The notes under the pieces are model-generated. The model made no database searches and was not told the origin of the DNA. It saw only the letters and a program-made list of their open reading frames with translations. 64,000 bases of DNA from Azolla caroliniana (lineage: Eukaryota > Plantae > Polypodiophyta): NCBI GenBank assembly GCA_043228905.1, contig JBHGNT010000001.1:6014001-6078000 (forward strand), read 5' to 3'. The position numbers and the translations under genes are program-made. Position 1 is the stretch's first letter. Each line of letters opens with the position of its first letter. Shown here piece after piece: positions 24,715 through 37,941 of this stretch.

Positions 24715-26329
24715 TGGAATTTCTCCAAAGGGAAAGACACAATTTCCATGTTAATTATGGCACTTAAGACAGTAGTGAATGTTGACTTATCTGCCTATAC
24801 ACCTTCGGTGTTCATTAATTGATTGACACTTTCAACCAAAAGAGATGTTCTGGAAGAGATCAATTGATATGTGGGCAGTGTAGTCTACAACAGCAACAAT
24901 GGTTGTGTTGGTAAGAAGACAGATGCCTAAAGATTATAATTAATCTTGTGTATATGTTCAGCCACTGAGTCTTGAGCTCTGAAAAAACTGGTAGTTTTTG
25001 TAATCTCCATGAAGATAAAAAGGACATTATATATATGGTCATATGCCAAAGGTATGTGCCATGACATATCTAGTTTTTTTTGAAAGAACTTTACAATACC
25101 TTGTGAATGCGAGAATCAGTGTAATATTTGTATGTTTACTTACTAGAACTCTTGGGATACTGGTGGTTCTTGGGGTTATGAAAGCTTACTGCTATGGTAT
25201 TTTTTGAGATTGGTCATATAGTTTTTGTGCGCCTCTTCATGCAGAGTTTTTTTTGAATCCAAGGTCTGTATGAGACATGTTAATTAAGATATAAATGATA
25301 ATATTATAGATTCATTCAAATAAGGTTAGGCATTACATATGTTGAGGACATTCTTCAGCATATAAACGTCAAATCAATAGTGTATCTACAGTATATCTTT
25401 TGATAAATATAAAGTTAATTCTGTCCAAACCTGATGAAATCCTTTGTTCATCCTATTCCCACAGACCTTCATGCTATGCTATGGATATGGTTGTCATTGA
25501 AGGCTAATGGACACCCAGTGAGAGATATATCAGGCTTACGAGCTGTGAACTTAATGCTGGACATTCAATAAAGTAATCTTGCCATTCCTTCAAAATGTTA
25601 AGTGGCAAAATCTAAGCAGGTGTTATTAGCCATGTGTTTGACAGTTGATGCCAAAATCATGGGATATGAGTTTGTCCATTCCGTCCATGTACAATATGAT
25701 TATGGTTGGCCGTTGCATTGCCTTGTCAATTGTTGACCACTCTTACCCTTGCAAAGTGTTTTGTCTCCCCAAATTGCCTTAGTTTTTCTGGATCTTCATT
25801 GTTATTTGCTATGGTCTTTCTTGCAACATTATGATATGTATATATTTACAACGTAAGCATTATTATCCTATTGTGCATCTCTTTTGTTGTTCGTCCAATT
25901 TTCGTTTAACACAAGCCAATTCCTACATCATGTGATTCGATTGACAGCAATTAGAAATGAATGCAATAACCTAGAGTAACTTCGAAAGAATCATGAGTTT
26001 AAACGGCAATGCACAATTTTCGTTATGGATCTCATTTGCATGGCATTGTACACTTCCCATAATATCTACATGTGGCTTTTATCATTGCAAATAGAGCCAA
26101 GGTGATTAACTCATTTGAACCAACCTTAAATGTGATCTATTTCCCTTGAAAAAGAGGGTGACATGAATGTTGTTTTGGTTGGTCATGTGGTGTGTGGTGT
26201 ATTCATTCGACCATGTGATACATTCAGTGCATGATATTAATCCAAACCGTTGGTATGAAGACATGCCATTCATTGTTAATAGAGTCAATGAGCGTGCCCA
26301 TAGTGGTATGTAATATACGTATGATCTGG

Positions 26330-26590
26330 CCAATGATCGGTGACACTAGTCATTGATCTACCTAGAATGGACATGGCATCACCCATCTAGCGACATGGTG
26401 GCAATTGTCATTTGATCTAGCTTGTGGCAACTAACCGGTACCATCCTATGATTAGTGACACTATTCATTGATCTACCTAGAACAAACATGGCATTACTTA
26501 TCTAGCGACATGGTGATAAGTGTCATTTGATCTAGTGTGCATCATCCAAACATGCATCGACTAACCGGTATCATCCAAACATGCATCGAC
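26330..26590. repeat. Tandem duplication (about 115 bp x 2) upstream of the plastid-protein gene
   Basis: Repeated GTGACACTA.TCATTGATCTACCTAGAA...TCTAGCGACATGGTG...GTCATTTGATCTAG. Confidence 0.75.
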
Positions 26591-26784
26591 AAAATTGTCT
26601 ATCCTATCATCGTCCATCCTACCATGATGGTCCTCCGACAGATAGTTATAGGTGTTGACACATATAGCTATAGGTGTATGACACGTGGCCTAGGTGCTGA
26701 CGTGCCAATAAGCCACCTTGAGAAAACAAGAGCTGACTCATCATCATCATCTTCTTCTTCGCTTTGGATTTTAGAAAGAGTGCA

Positions 26785-29617
26785 ATGGCTATGGCTTCGT
26801 CTTGTTCTCCTTCTTCCAGCTGCTATTCTCCGCGCAAATCTCCGTCCTCCATAGCCATGCTCCTCGCAGACAAGAATACATCTTCTCTTTCTTTTCCTCC
26901 TTTTTCTGCTGCACCACTCCCTTCTACTCTATTTCCGTTCCTTCCACCATCATCGGACAGTATATTTCAGAGGCAGTCCGAGCAGCAGCGGCAGAAACAG
27001 CAGCAGCAGAAGAAGATAATATCCATGTCGGATGTTCATCATCATCAGAATGTTCCTCGAAGCTCTTTCTCAAGAGGCATGTTGGTTCTTCTCACATCTC
27101 TCATTCTTCAAGAAGAAGAGGAAGCTTCTTCTTCTACAGGAAAAAACACTGCTATCGCTTTCTCTCTCGGAATCTGTAAGTTCCATTAAAATTCTTGGTG
27201 CCTTTTCCTGCAAAAATATCTGTTATCCAGCATTTTCTCCTCCTTAAATGCTTTTGATATTGCTTTCTCTTTTGTAGCATTAACAGATACAACTAAACCT
27301 TCAGAATTATGCGAACTTGAATTTGCTTGTTTATTTTGTTTCTCTATTTTTTTCCGAATGTAACAGTTGTGAAATATCTAATAGCATTTCATTCTTTTGC
27401 GTTCCTTTTTTGCTGAGAATTAAGAGTCGTAAAAGCTTCCAAAATCTGTCACTTGCAGTTTCTCCATTTCTTTATCTTTTGCAGTATTACAATATTTGAA
27501 ATCTATATCTAGCATTTCCTGCTTTTATTTCTGCAGAAACAACGTCAAGATCTTTCAACTACAGGAAACTTGCATTTGCAGATCCTTAATTTGATTTAGA
27601 TTTTATAGAATTGCCAATCTACCAAATCCTTTTTTCATTAATTTTCATTTTGGAGATTGATCAGTTGTCTTGAAATCAGTCTAATTCTGTTATCTTGCAT
27701 TTTCTCGTTTAATTGTTTTCTCTTTTTGCAGAGAATTAACAATAGTGAAACCTTTAAAATCTGTAACTTAAACTTCTGCAATTCTATTGCTTAGAAAATC
27801 CTCTGAACGATTAAGGCTGTCTGTGAGTCCTATACAATTATTAGTTATGTGTTCAGGTTATTCCTTTCCAGATAAATTTATATAATATACTACATACCAT
27901 CAGGCACAAAGCACTCGGTATAAAGTATCCCTGTATGCTATTTCACTTAGCACTTTGGATTTAAATGAAGCATTTTCCCTTGATGTAGTCACTAAACATT
28001 ATGCTTATGCTTATATTTGTATTGCTAATTTTAGTATAAAAAGTCTGGTATGTTTGGATAACTAATCTAACATTACATAGCCAAGCGGTTCAAACATTAC
28101 ATGTTATTCTACAATCTTTATCAGAAAATATTGAATCTTGTGATGTGAATGATTGATGTTCTAGGTTTCGATAGCCAGTTCTTACATTGCATGTTGTTGT
28201 ACTTGATAACCAGCTAAAGCACCACATATTGCACTTGATAGCAAGTAGCATTATAGGTTATTGTACTATGATCATCATAAATAGTTGAATCTCCGCATTT
28301 AAAAGCAATTGGTTTTCTATATTTAGATAACCAGTTCTAATATGACTAGCCAATCTGCTTTAAGAGGAAATGCTATTTTACTACGGCAATTTACTAGCAG
28401 AAAGATTGATTCTTGTCATATGAATAATCAGTTTTATATGTTTCCCAATAGCAGGACCAAAAGAATGGTTGAAAGGTCAGAAAAAGAAGACTTCAGAGTT
28501 CCTTATAGCTCCAATACTAGCATCGCGTGAGAGATTGAAGAATGCTATGTCATTAGCTGGTACTCTATGTTGTCATTTATGCATTTTGCCTCTCTCATCA
28601 AAACCAAGTGTGTTTAATGTAAATTAAGTTTGTATAGTGTTTCTCATCAAAATCAAGTGTCTCATAAAAAATAAAGTGTGGTTAGTCTTTCTCATAGAAG
28701 TCAGTGTGTTTTGTCTTTCTCATCACAATAAAGTGTGTGTGTACATAGAGTCAAACACTATCAGCGGTATGGAAGAGGCCCAAAGGCTTGTCAACATGGC
28801 TGCCCGGGACTGTCTCAAACCTGAAGATGGATCAATTATTGCTTTTCAAGTAAAGACAGGAGTTGAGGTAATATATAATTTGCATTCTTTATTTTAACAA
28901 GTTCATGATTGTGCAATTGCACATTTTGGCAAAGTCTGTGTACATTGCACATTCTGTTAGCCTTGTTTTCATGTAAGATGTAGTTTATTAAATTTGAAAA
29001 GTGTAGTGTGTATTGCATTCGAAATAGGAAGAAAACGAGCTATTTAAATTTTTTATTTCATGCACTTATGTTACTTTCAGGTATGTACATTTCGACTTAT
29101 TTTGAAAAATGCAGCTTCTCTTCTCGATGATCCTGATCCAATCAAATTAAATGCGAATGAAGCCTTAGATACTCTAATCAGGTTTTCACTATTTTTAGCA
29201 GAATTTTGCACAGTTAATAAGGTAGGGTTTTCAGACTTCTTTTTAATACTGAATTTATTTATGCAGCTCATTTGAAGCTCTCAGTGATGTTCTATCAAAC
29301 AATTTTGTTGGAAGCTCCTTAGGAAGGTTAGATGTGAAGTTTATGATATAATATTAAATTCTGGCGGTTTAGGATTTTCTATTATTATATGGTTGTTTTG
29401 TAATACAGTATAATTATATGGCTGCTATTTAGCATGGGTGATTATTGTGTGTGGTTTAGCATTTCTGATCAGCACTTGTCGTTGAGCATGTGGTAAGTGT
29501 TATGTAAAACTTCCATTTTCTTAATGCAGGGATACGATCATGAATGCTTTCAATCAAGTAAATATTGCACTTGATGGTTTCGAGATTGGGGTACGAGAGT
29601 GTCTTGGGATTTCCTAA
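26785..29617 (+). CDS. Conserved plastid/thylakoid protein of unknown function, At2g36145-like, 6 exons
   Basis: Ser-rich transit peptide. Spliced product reads AIA|FSLGISGPKEWLKGQKKK, FLIAPI, AARDCL, FQVKTGVEVCTFRLILKNAASLL, LDGFEIGVRECLGIS*. Approximate exons 26785-27175, 28454-28559, 28751-28867, 29081-29181, 29267-29326, 29529-29617. Homolog assignment is from recall. Confidence 0.8.
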
Positions 29618-32251
29618 GCACAAGAGGAAAGTAACGAATATGTGGAAGATAAGACAAAACATGAGACGTTTACAACTCTTAGAATTTCATGATGCTAAGA
29701 AATTGAATCAAAATGAGAACTGTCTCCATAGGCTTAGTTTTTCCATCGCAAACTTTCTGACTGAAGATTAGAAAGTGAAACTGTGAACTTTCTATTCATG
29801 AGAATCATGCATTCTCACGAGTTTTGCATAGACATATGGTACATATTGGAGATTTGTATAGAATTGTTTGTCCAAGTTCTTTTCTCTATGCCCCTAGACA
29901 CATCCACCTTGTAGATTCATATCTTTTTTGCAGGATTAGAATAAAACCAGGTGATGGATGGCCTAGCTATTAGTGTTGCAATGAGAAAATGTATTCCGTT
30001 TTTATGTACTTCTCATTTGCAACCGTCGCTTTAAAACATGTTTCCTTTTATTTAAATCAGAAAATTTTACCTAAATATGTGGTAAATTACCAATATATAT
30101 GCTTGGGTCAAATTTGGGCTCGTGAAACACAGCAAAATGAAGCTTAAAATGACGTGAGAATTTCAAAACTAAGCTTCAAAATCTAACCAAGGAATTTTGA
30201 AAAGTAGGCATAAAAATGTAATGGAGGAATTTCAGAATTAAGATTAAAAATATAATAAGGAATTTGAAATGTATGTAGGTATGATGCATTTGTTAGAGCA
30301 TAAATTAATGTACATAGTTAGATATCCTTCTTTACTAGCAAGTAAAATCACTGATATTTATGCTTGGTAAAAGTTGGCGCTCTTGAGAAAGGTTAAACAC
30401 TTAATTAAGGAATTTCAAAATTAAGCGTAAAAAAGTTAACCAAGAGATTTCAAAACTAAGAAATTTGAAATGGAACATAGGACATAAGATACATCTATCT
30501 ATTAGTGTTTACATAGGCATAAGATACATCCATCTATTAGAGTTTGCATTAGGTATAACATACATCCATCTATTAAAGTTTTAGTTAATGCAATGAGTAT
30601 GTGCAAGGAAAGATTCAAGCACACTTTTGGCTTCTTTTATAGTCTTAGAGAGTGTGTAGATAATTTGCCCTATAAAGCTTTAATAGATTGGAATAATTCT
30701 ATTCAACTCTTTACAATGAGAGCATGGAGTTGAAGCAAGTAATACAACAAGTAACTTCTAAGCAAATAATGCACCCTTGTGAAAGACGCTTCCAATTATA
30801 TGCTTGGAGATTGGTTTAGGGTGTTTGAAAAATGGGCCTTCATTTTGTTGGATAATATAATTTTGTAGAAAGACATAGGAAGGCTAAATAGGCCAACTCT
30901 TCATGATAGTCCCTAGTAAATTAGGTTAACATAAACCTTGTAAGACTAAATAGACAAACTTTTGGTGATAGCACCTTTTGAATTTGAGTAAAACGAAGCT
31001 TAGAAGAATAAGTAAGGTGCCTCTTGATAGTTTATGTTTTAGAAAACAAGATGCTATAGATAAGCATTAGCAACCCTGTGTGCGACCAAGATGATTGTTT
31101 GATTATAACAGGGACACTAGAATAAAAAATAATTCAAATAAGTTGATGTTTCTCGTTCAAAATGAACAACATCACCTAATGGCCACACAATACCCTTTCT
31201 TAAGTACGAAACTTGATTTCCCAAGTGTAAAAAGTCTAGCTTTACACATCTCTTTGGTTTGGTGATTTGCTAGAGAGCATTCCCATGCCCTTGAAGCCAG
31301 GGAGGTAGGAAACAATAGCATGCAAATGCCGATGCATATATTATATACATCAATATATAATACATGCACAAACACAATTATTTATAAGTAGATTGAATGA
31401 GAGAGTGTGATATGAATATATGCCAATGGGCAACATATACATGCACAACCAATGCATGAGAGATAGATAAATGGATTTTATTATGGTTCCCAAAGGTTTA
31501 AATATGAACTATAGAACCAAAGTGTATGCATGCACTATTCCTGAAAACTTTCTTCGTTAATGTATAGGATATTGTTATTACATCACTATATACAGGAAAC
31601 ACCAAAAATTACAAGCAATTTGTTTAATTCCATTAATAAAGAATAAACGATAGGCAATCTTAGCATGAAATGATAGGATAGTATTACTACATTAGGAAGC
31701 ATACGAGAATTTACAAGCGATCATAGAATGTGAACCATACATATCATACGTGCATTCGCATTCGAGAATGATTCAATCAAATGTGTATGGTAAATCATCT
31801 CAAAGTTGGATTGGATTGACTAGGGTCTATATTATATATTGATTCACTCTCAATCCTAATAAGTGGACTATAATCCATTGTGAACCATCAACATAAATAT
31901 GGTTGCAATATTTGCATTGTATCACATGCATACTTTTGGGATGCAAATCAAGACATCTCTATCATCTTCACTTTAGAACTTTACAAAAAAATGAGTATGA
32001 ACTATAGAGATTGAATCAAAATAGGTCATTATAAATTATAATCAAACGTTCAAAAACTCATAAAACGTATATTCGAGAATATGAAGAAAACATGACATAG
32101 GCAGTATTAGCATAACAACTTACCACTAGGGTGACCTAATTTCTAATAACAAAGAAAGAAAGAAAGAAAGAAAAAGGAACATGACACTAACAAGAGGATA
32201 TGAGAAAGTTGGGAATTGAAACCAAGACACAAGTAATAGTAGCACAACAAC

Positions 32252-35200
32252 TTCTTCTTTTTTCCAAAAAACAACTCCTTCCATTAGTTATAAAATTTTA
32301 CAAATGAGGCGATTATGTACAAATCCCTAAAGGGACGCGATAGTTCCATCTAATGTGGAAGCCCATTGACTCAAGAAAGGGAGAGGACGACCATTGTTGG
32401 ATGAAGGCTATGCGTTGTCTTTCAACTCCCTCGGAGCCACCTTTAAGGCCATCATATTGGCTCTTCAGAGTGGCTACAATTTCACTCCATATCTCTTGCA
32501 GTAACCTTGTTAGATGGGTGGTTTGGTTGGAGAAGACTCGCCTACATCGTTGTTTCCATAGAATCCAAAGGGTTATTGGGCTGACCAATTCCAACACCTC
32601 TTGAGATTGGTCATTAAGAGGAAAATAGTGGACATTGTCGCTAGAGGAGAAAAGAACCTCTTGTGCTTTTATCACCAAAGTCATCCCCTCCTCTTGATGC
32701 TCGTATCGGCCAATTGCAGCTTGCCATGATAGCCAACATATATTTCCCCACTTGATTGAACCTTGCACCTGGCATAATTGCAACAAGCGGCCAACCCCCC
32801 GCCATGTTCTATGGGACGTTGGGCAGTCCCACAGAGCATGTCGTATGGATTCTACTGAATGTGGGCACTCTACACAATTAGGAGAGTTAAGGTTCCCACG
32901 TTGCCATGCTCCCACCGCCAAGCGGCCAACCCCCCGCCATGTTCTATGGGACGTTGGGCAGTCCCACAGAGCGTGTCGTATGGATTCTACTGAACGTGGG
33001 CACTCTACACAATTAGGAGAGTTAAAGTTCCCACGTTGCCATGCTCCCACCGGTAGGGACTTATGTATTAACAACCATTGGAAAGTGGTAATTCGCCTCG
33101 CGTGTTGTTGCTTCCAGATTTTCTGCCAAAACTTGGTGATTATTGCGGAGGGAACTTGAAATGTGTGCCAGACCTTTGCAGCAGCCGGTTCTCGGGCGGC
33201 TTGAGCAGCTAGAATGTGGCGACCCAATCTAGTTGTGAATTGGAAGAAAGGGATGGTTTGCTTCCTTGCCCCGCGTAGGGATCACGCCATGTCCATTGCA
33301 AAGGGTCCCAACTGACCTTACGCAGCCATGTGTTTTCATGAGTACATATATGCCAATCGGGTTGTACTTTGATCGGATCATGATCTACAATCCATTTATG
33401 ACCAGTGTACGCGAGTACTCGAATGGCGTTGTTCTGTGTGGGTGTCTCAGTGTCTCTCCCTTCATGGCCTTCGAGCATGTCTAGTGATCCCCTACCTCTC
33501 GGGATCAGAGAGCCCTGCTCCTCGTGGCCTATCCATTTCTCCATTGTCGTCCTTTGAGTAGCAGAGTCCCTAATCAGTAGCACGTTAATGATTTCTGATC
33601 TCATAGTCCATCCGCCCCTGATTCCATGGAGTATGTTCGCTTGATCTTGTAGTGGCATTGACATAAACCGTTGCCAACATTCAATACTTTTGCCTGGACC
33701 TTCTACAATGTATCCCCATGATAACCCCTTACGTGATCCCAGTAGTTGATTAGATTCATCCTTGAGACATGGGTTCCATAGGATACGTTGACTGAGCCAG
33801 GCAGGTTCAGATCTCGGTTGATCACACTAGAGCCCCCGACGAATGTCACACCATGCCTTCCACATGGATGCACTGAATCTGTCCTCCAAATGGCGGGAGA
33901 AACTCGGTTTGAGATCCATGTTTAGAATCCATCCCGTTTGGGGGGCCCAATTGACCCCTTTTTGTGGCTTAAAGTAAGCGAAACGTAACCTTAGTAGCAT
34001 TTTCCAACAATCATTTTCTGGTTGGAGTCCTCGCACCACAAATTTGGCAAGTAAGGCTTTCGATTGTGAAAGGGGATCAATAAGACCCAATCCCCCTCTC
34101 GACTTAGGCGTTGTGAGTATAGGCCACACCACCTTGGCGCGAGCTACATGGTCTTCCTTACCAGACCAAATGTAGTTGCGGACCAGTTGTTGAATCTGAT
34201 GTATACTTTCCTTGGAGATTGTCCAACATGATAGACTGTACCATGCTGTTGCGAGGAGTACCTGATTTGCCACTATGATGCGACCTGCTAGCGACAAATT
34301 TTTAGAGCTCCAATGTATCAACTTTTGTCGAATGGAGAGGATAACGGGTGCAATCATAGTCTCTGGCGGTATGTTGAAGCCAATTTGGAAGCCCAAATAT
34401 TTGGTGCTCGCTCCTTGATTAATCCACTTGAAAGTGGGGTGAGGGTGCCACGCCGGATGTGTTTCCTGAGAAAGCCATATTGCACAGGATTTGTGCCAAT
34501 TGATCATGGCGTTGGATCGCTTGCAAAATAAAACTAGCCCACTTTCTAGCTTTTGGAGGTTGTCCAGGTCCCCTTGCAGGTAGACTGCTATGTCATCTGC
34601 AAATTCTATATCCATGATGCTTTGGTAAGAATGAGGTATGGGAAGACCACATAGGTTGAGATGCCGCGAGTTGAGAAAGCAAGAGAGTGCTTCGGCGTAT
34701 AATAGAAATAAGGATAGAGTTAGTGGACATCCCTGTCGTACAGAGTGAGATATTCGGTAAAAGGGGCCCCTTTCACCTGCCAGCGAAACACAACTGCTGC
34801 CATTCCTATAAAATCCTGCAATGCCTTTGATCCATATCTCTTGAAAGCCGAGTTTCCTCATCACAATTTCTAGAAAGTTCCAGCATACCCTATCATAGGC
34901 TTTCTCAAAATCTAGTAGCACCATCGCTACCTTCTTGTTGGTCTGCTTGGCAAGGGCTACTGCTTCCCAAAATGAGAAGAGGTTGTCTAGGATGCTCCCA
35001 TTTCTAATGAAACCTGTCTGTGATGGATGAATGAGTTGAGGAAGAAGTGGAGTTAAACGGCGTGCCATGATTTTTGCGAGCAACTTATAGACAATATTGA
35101 GAAGAGTAATGGGCCGCCATTTGTGAATGTCATTGGCATTCCCACCACTTTTAGGAATGAGATGTATCATCCCCTGTCCAAATTCCTCCGGCATGCTTCC

Positions 35201-36931
35201 AGAGGTGATGATCTCCTCATATCCCTGGAGCAGGTCTTCTTTAATAGTGCCCCAAAGGCATGTGAAAAAGTGCAGGGTGAGACCGTCAATTCCGGGGCAG
35301 CTCTCAGCATCTAAATTAGTGAGGGCCTCCCATATCTCAATGATTGATAGAGGGCGCACAAGCCAAGTATTCATTTCCGGTGTGACTTTCTCGGGTATGC
35401 TTTGGAGGATAATATCATCGCTTATGTCTTCCTCTGTAGCTATCATGTCTTCGGTAAGTAGGCGGCTATAATACCTTGTGGCAATATTCCTCATTTCGTC
35501 GCCATCCTTAGTGGTTGTTCCATCCTCCCGGTTGAGGCTGCGCATCACAGTTCTAGCGTGTCTCGGGCCTTTGGAGCGGAAGAATTCCTTTGTGGTTTTG
35601 TCCCCTACTCGAATCCATCGCGCCATGCTGCCATGAAACTCCATGTCATATATTGCCTTTTCTGCCATGCTAAGTTCCTGTTTGGCCGTGGCGACTTGTC
35701 CTGCGATCCAACTACAGGATGGGTATCTTTGTTGGAGGCGTTGTAAGGCTATTAGTCCTCGTTTTGTCCTCTGTCGCTTCTCCTGAGCATCCTTGCGTCT
35801 GGTCTTGACAATCTCATGTAGGAGAATAGAGGCTCTTGTTAATTTAGCTAAAAGTTTGTCCGATGCTGATGAGCCATTGACGGGTAATGACCATTGGTTG
35901 GATAGTTGGTCCTTCACGTCTATAAGTGTGTAAATAGTGTGTGGGATGCGAGTCTGGAATGGGCCCCATTTTCGGTGCAATTGAAAATGACCAGTTATCG
36001 GGTAATGGTCAGAGAAAGTCGTGCCTGGAGTTATGTGACACCACCCTCCCTTCGCTTCTAAAGCCTCCCCCACATAAATGCGGTCAATGCGAGATAGGGT
36101 GGGTCCACTAGTCCGCCCGTCTGATCAGGAGAATAGGAGAGAGTCCCTTTTTCGTTGGAAGTTGGCAGAATGCCAGATGTCTCGCAGGTTAAGGTGGACA
36201 CATAGCTTCTCCCATTGTTTGCGTTCCCTTCCTTGTAGGACTATGGGGTTGTTGTTGGAACTATCATGAATGGATTCGATCATATTAAAATCCCCTCCAA
36301 TGCACCACTCTTTCGCACCCACTACTTGTAGGCGGATGCGGTCCCAGAATGTTGCTCTTTCTGTTATGTTGTTTGGAGCATAAACATTCATGAAGTTCCA
36401 TCATTGCCCTTGGATGGTTAGCGTGCAAAAATGTGCCCTACCAGGTATAAGTGATTCTTGGTGTATTAATCCCTGGGCTAGATGTTCCCGAATCAAAGTG
36501 CAAATACCACCATGATTTCCATCCTCCCCAATTGCTGGCTCCCAAATCGTTCGCCATGATCCTGGTAGAAGGTCTCCGACTTCCTTTAACTATGTGCTAT
36601 CGAGGTGGTGTTCCTGCAACATGATGACGTCAGCACCACTCCCTAGTAAATGTTCTTCAAGATCCCTTCTTAGTTTCCATCTATTTTGTTGGTCTAGTCT
36701 ACTTCTGAGTCCTTGCACGTTCCATGTTATAATCTTCATACTCATGGAATGGGGTGGGAGGTTGCCAGTTGTGCCTGGTGCTTTGTACAACAGGTCGTGA
36801 GTGGGGAGCACTCACCATTTAGACATTTAGACATTTCCAGGGATGGAATAGTGGTCCACATCCATGAGTGGAGTTTGTGGGCTATCTTGTGGGCTTCAAT
36901 CGCCCCTTCATGCTTCTCATAGAAATAGACA
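32252..36931 (-). mobile_element. 5'-truncated L1/Tx1-like LINE (ORF1 tail plus decayed ORF2)
   Basis: APE endonuclease (MKIITWNVQGL, IGGDFN, FSDHYP), RT (WRPITLLN, LDFEKAYDRV, VRQGCPL, FADD, KYLG) and C-terminal zf-RVT CCHC. Short 3'UTR with an A-rich tail near 32252-32262. Confidence 0.9.
32313..36745 (-). pseudogene. LINE ORF2 (EN-RT-zf) with several in-frame stops and a frameshift near 33230
   Basis: ORFs 36590-36811, 36125-36391, 33827-36073 and 33209-33664 share one frame. ORF 32313-33227 is shifted. Confidence 0.88.
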
Positions 36932-36969
36932 ACCACTAAGTTGCGCGTAGTTGTAATAATAAAAAACTA

Positions 36970-37941
36970 AAAGAAAAATATATTAATACATTAACATAAA
37001 ATTTTGCTTATGGCATGGTACTAATGAGAGAGAGAAAGAGATTAGAAAATTTGGAATCGAGCCCAAGACATAGACAGCAACAACATGACTCCTTACCACT
37101 AGAGTGAGTAAATTGTAATGGCAATAAATGAAAAAGAAAAGAAGAAAAAGGAGCACGTATTTTTCCCATTTCAAACGTGTTCGTTTCCAAACGTTGGAAT
37201 GCTTGCACGAACACGAATATTACGTTCTATGCAAGCGATACATGTCTTTCCATTTATAAAGATTTCTAGCATATTCTCGGATTAGTCGATTGGAAAGAAA
37301 AATATATTAACACATTAACATAAAATTTTGCTTATGGCATGGTACTAATGAGAGAGAGAAAGAGATTAGAAAATTTGGAATCGAGCCCAAGACATAGACA
37401 GCAACAACATGACTCCTTACCACTAGAGTGAGTAAATTGTAATGGTAATAAATGAAAAAGAAAAGAAGAAAAAGGAGCACGTATTTTTCCCATTTCAAAC
37501 GTGTTCGTTTCCAAACGTTGGAATGCTTGCACGAACACGAATATTACGTTCTATGCAAGCGATACATGTCTTTCCATTTATAAAGATTTCTAGCATATTC
37601 TTGGATTAGTCGATTGGAAAGAAAAATATATTAACACATTAACATAAAATTTTGCTTATGGCATGGTACTAATGAGAGAGAGAAAGAGATTAGAAAATTT
37701 GGAATCGAGCCCAAGACATAGACAGCAACAACATGACTCCTTGCCACTAGAGTGAGTAAATTGTAATGGCAATAAATGAAAAAGAAAAGAACAAAAAGGA
37801 GCACGTATTTTTCCCATTTCAAACGTGTTCGTTTCCAAACGTTGGAATGCTTGCACGAACACGAATATTACGTTCTATGCAAGCGATACATGTCTTTCCA
37901 TTTATAAAGATTTCTAGCATATTCTCGGATTAGTCGATTGG
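36970..37941. repeat. Near-perfect tandem repeat, 324 bp x 3
   Basis: Units 36970-37293, 37294-37617 and 37618-37941 differ by only about five substitutions. Confidence 0.97.

Noticed and set aside
29930-29975. Alternative last exon for the plastid protein
   Set aside because: The exon at 29529-29617 matches the conserved family C-terminus, and there is no evidence for the alternative.
36983-37862. Three repeated 63-68 aa Cys-containing ORFs, or a CRISPR-like array
   Set aside because: They recur only because the 324-bp unit recurs. There are no unique spacers, the context is eukaryotic and there is no coding signature.
36970-37941. Repeat as rodent-L1-style 5'UTR monomers of the LINE
   Set aside because: The LINE is truncated within ORF1 and related units also lie beyond its 3' end, so they are flanking DNA.
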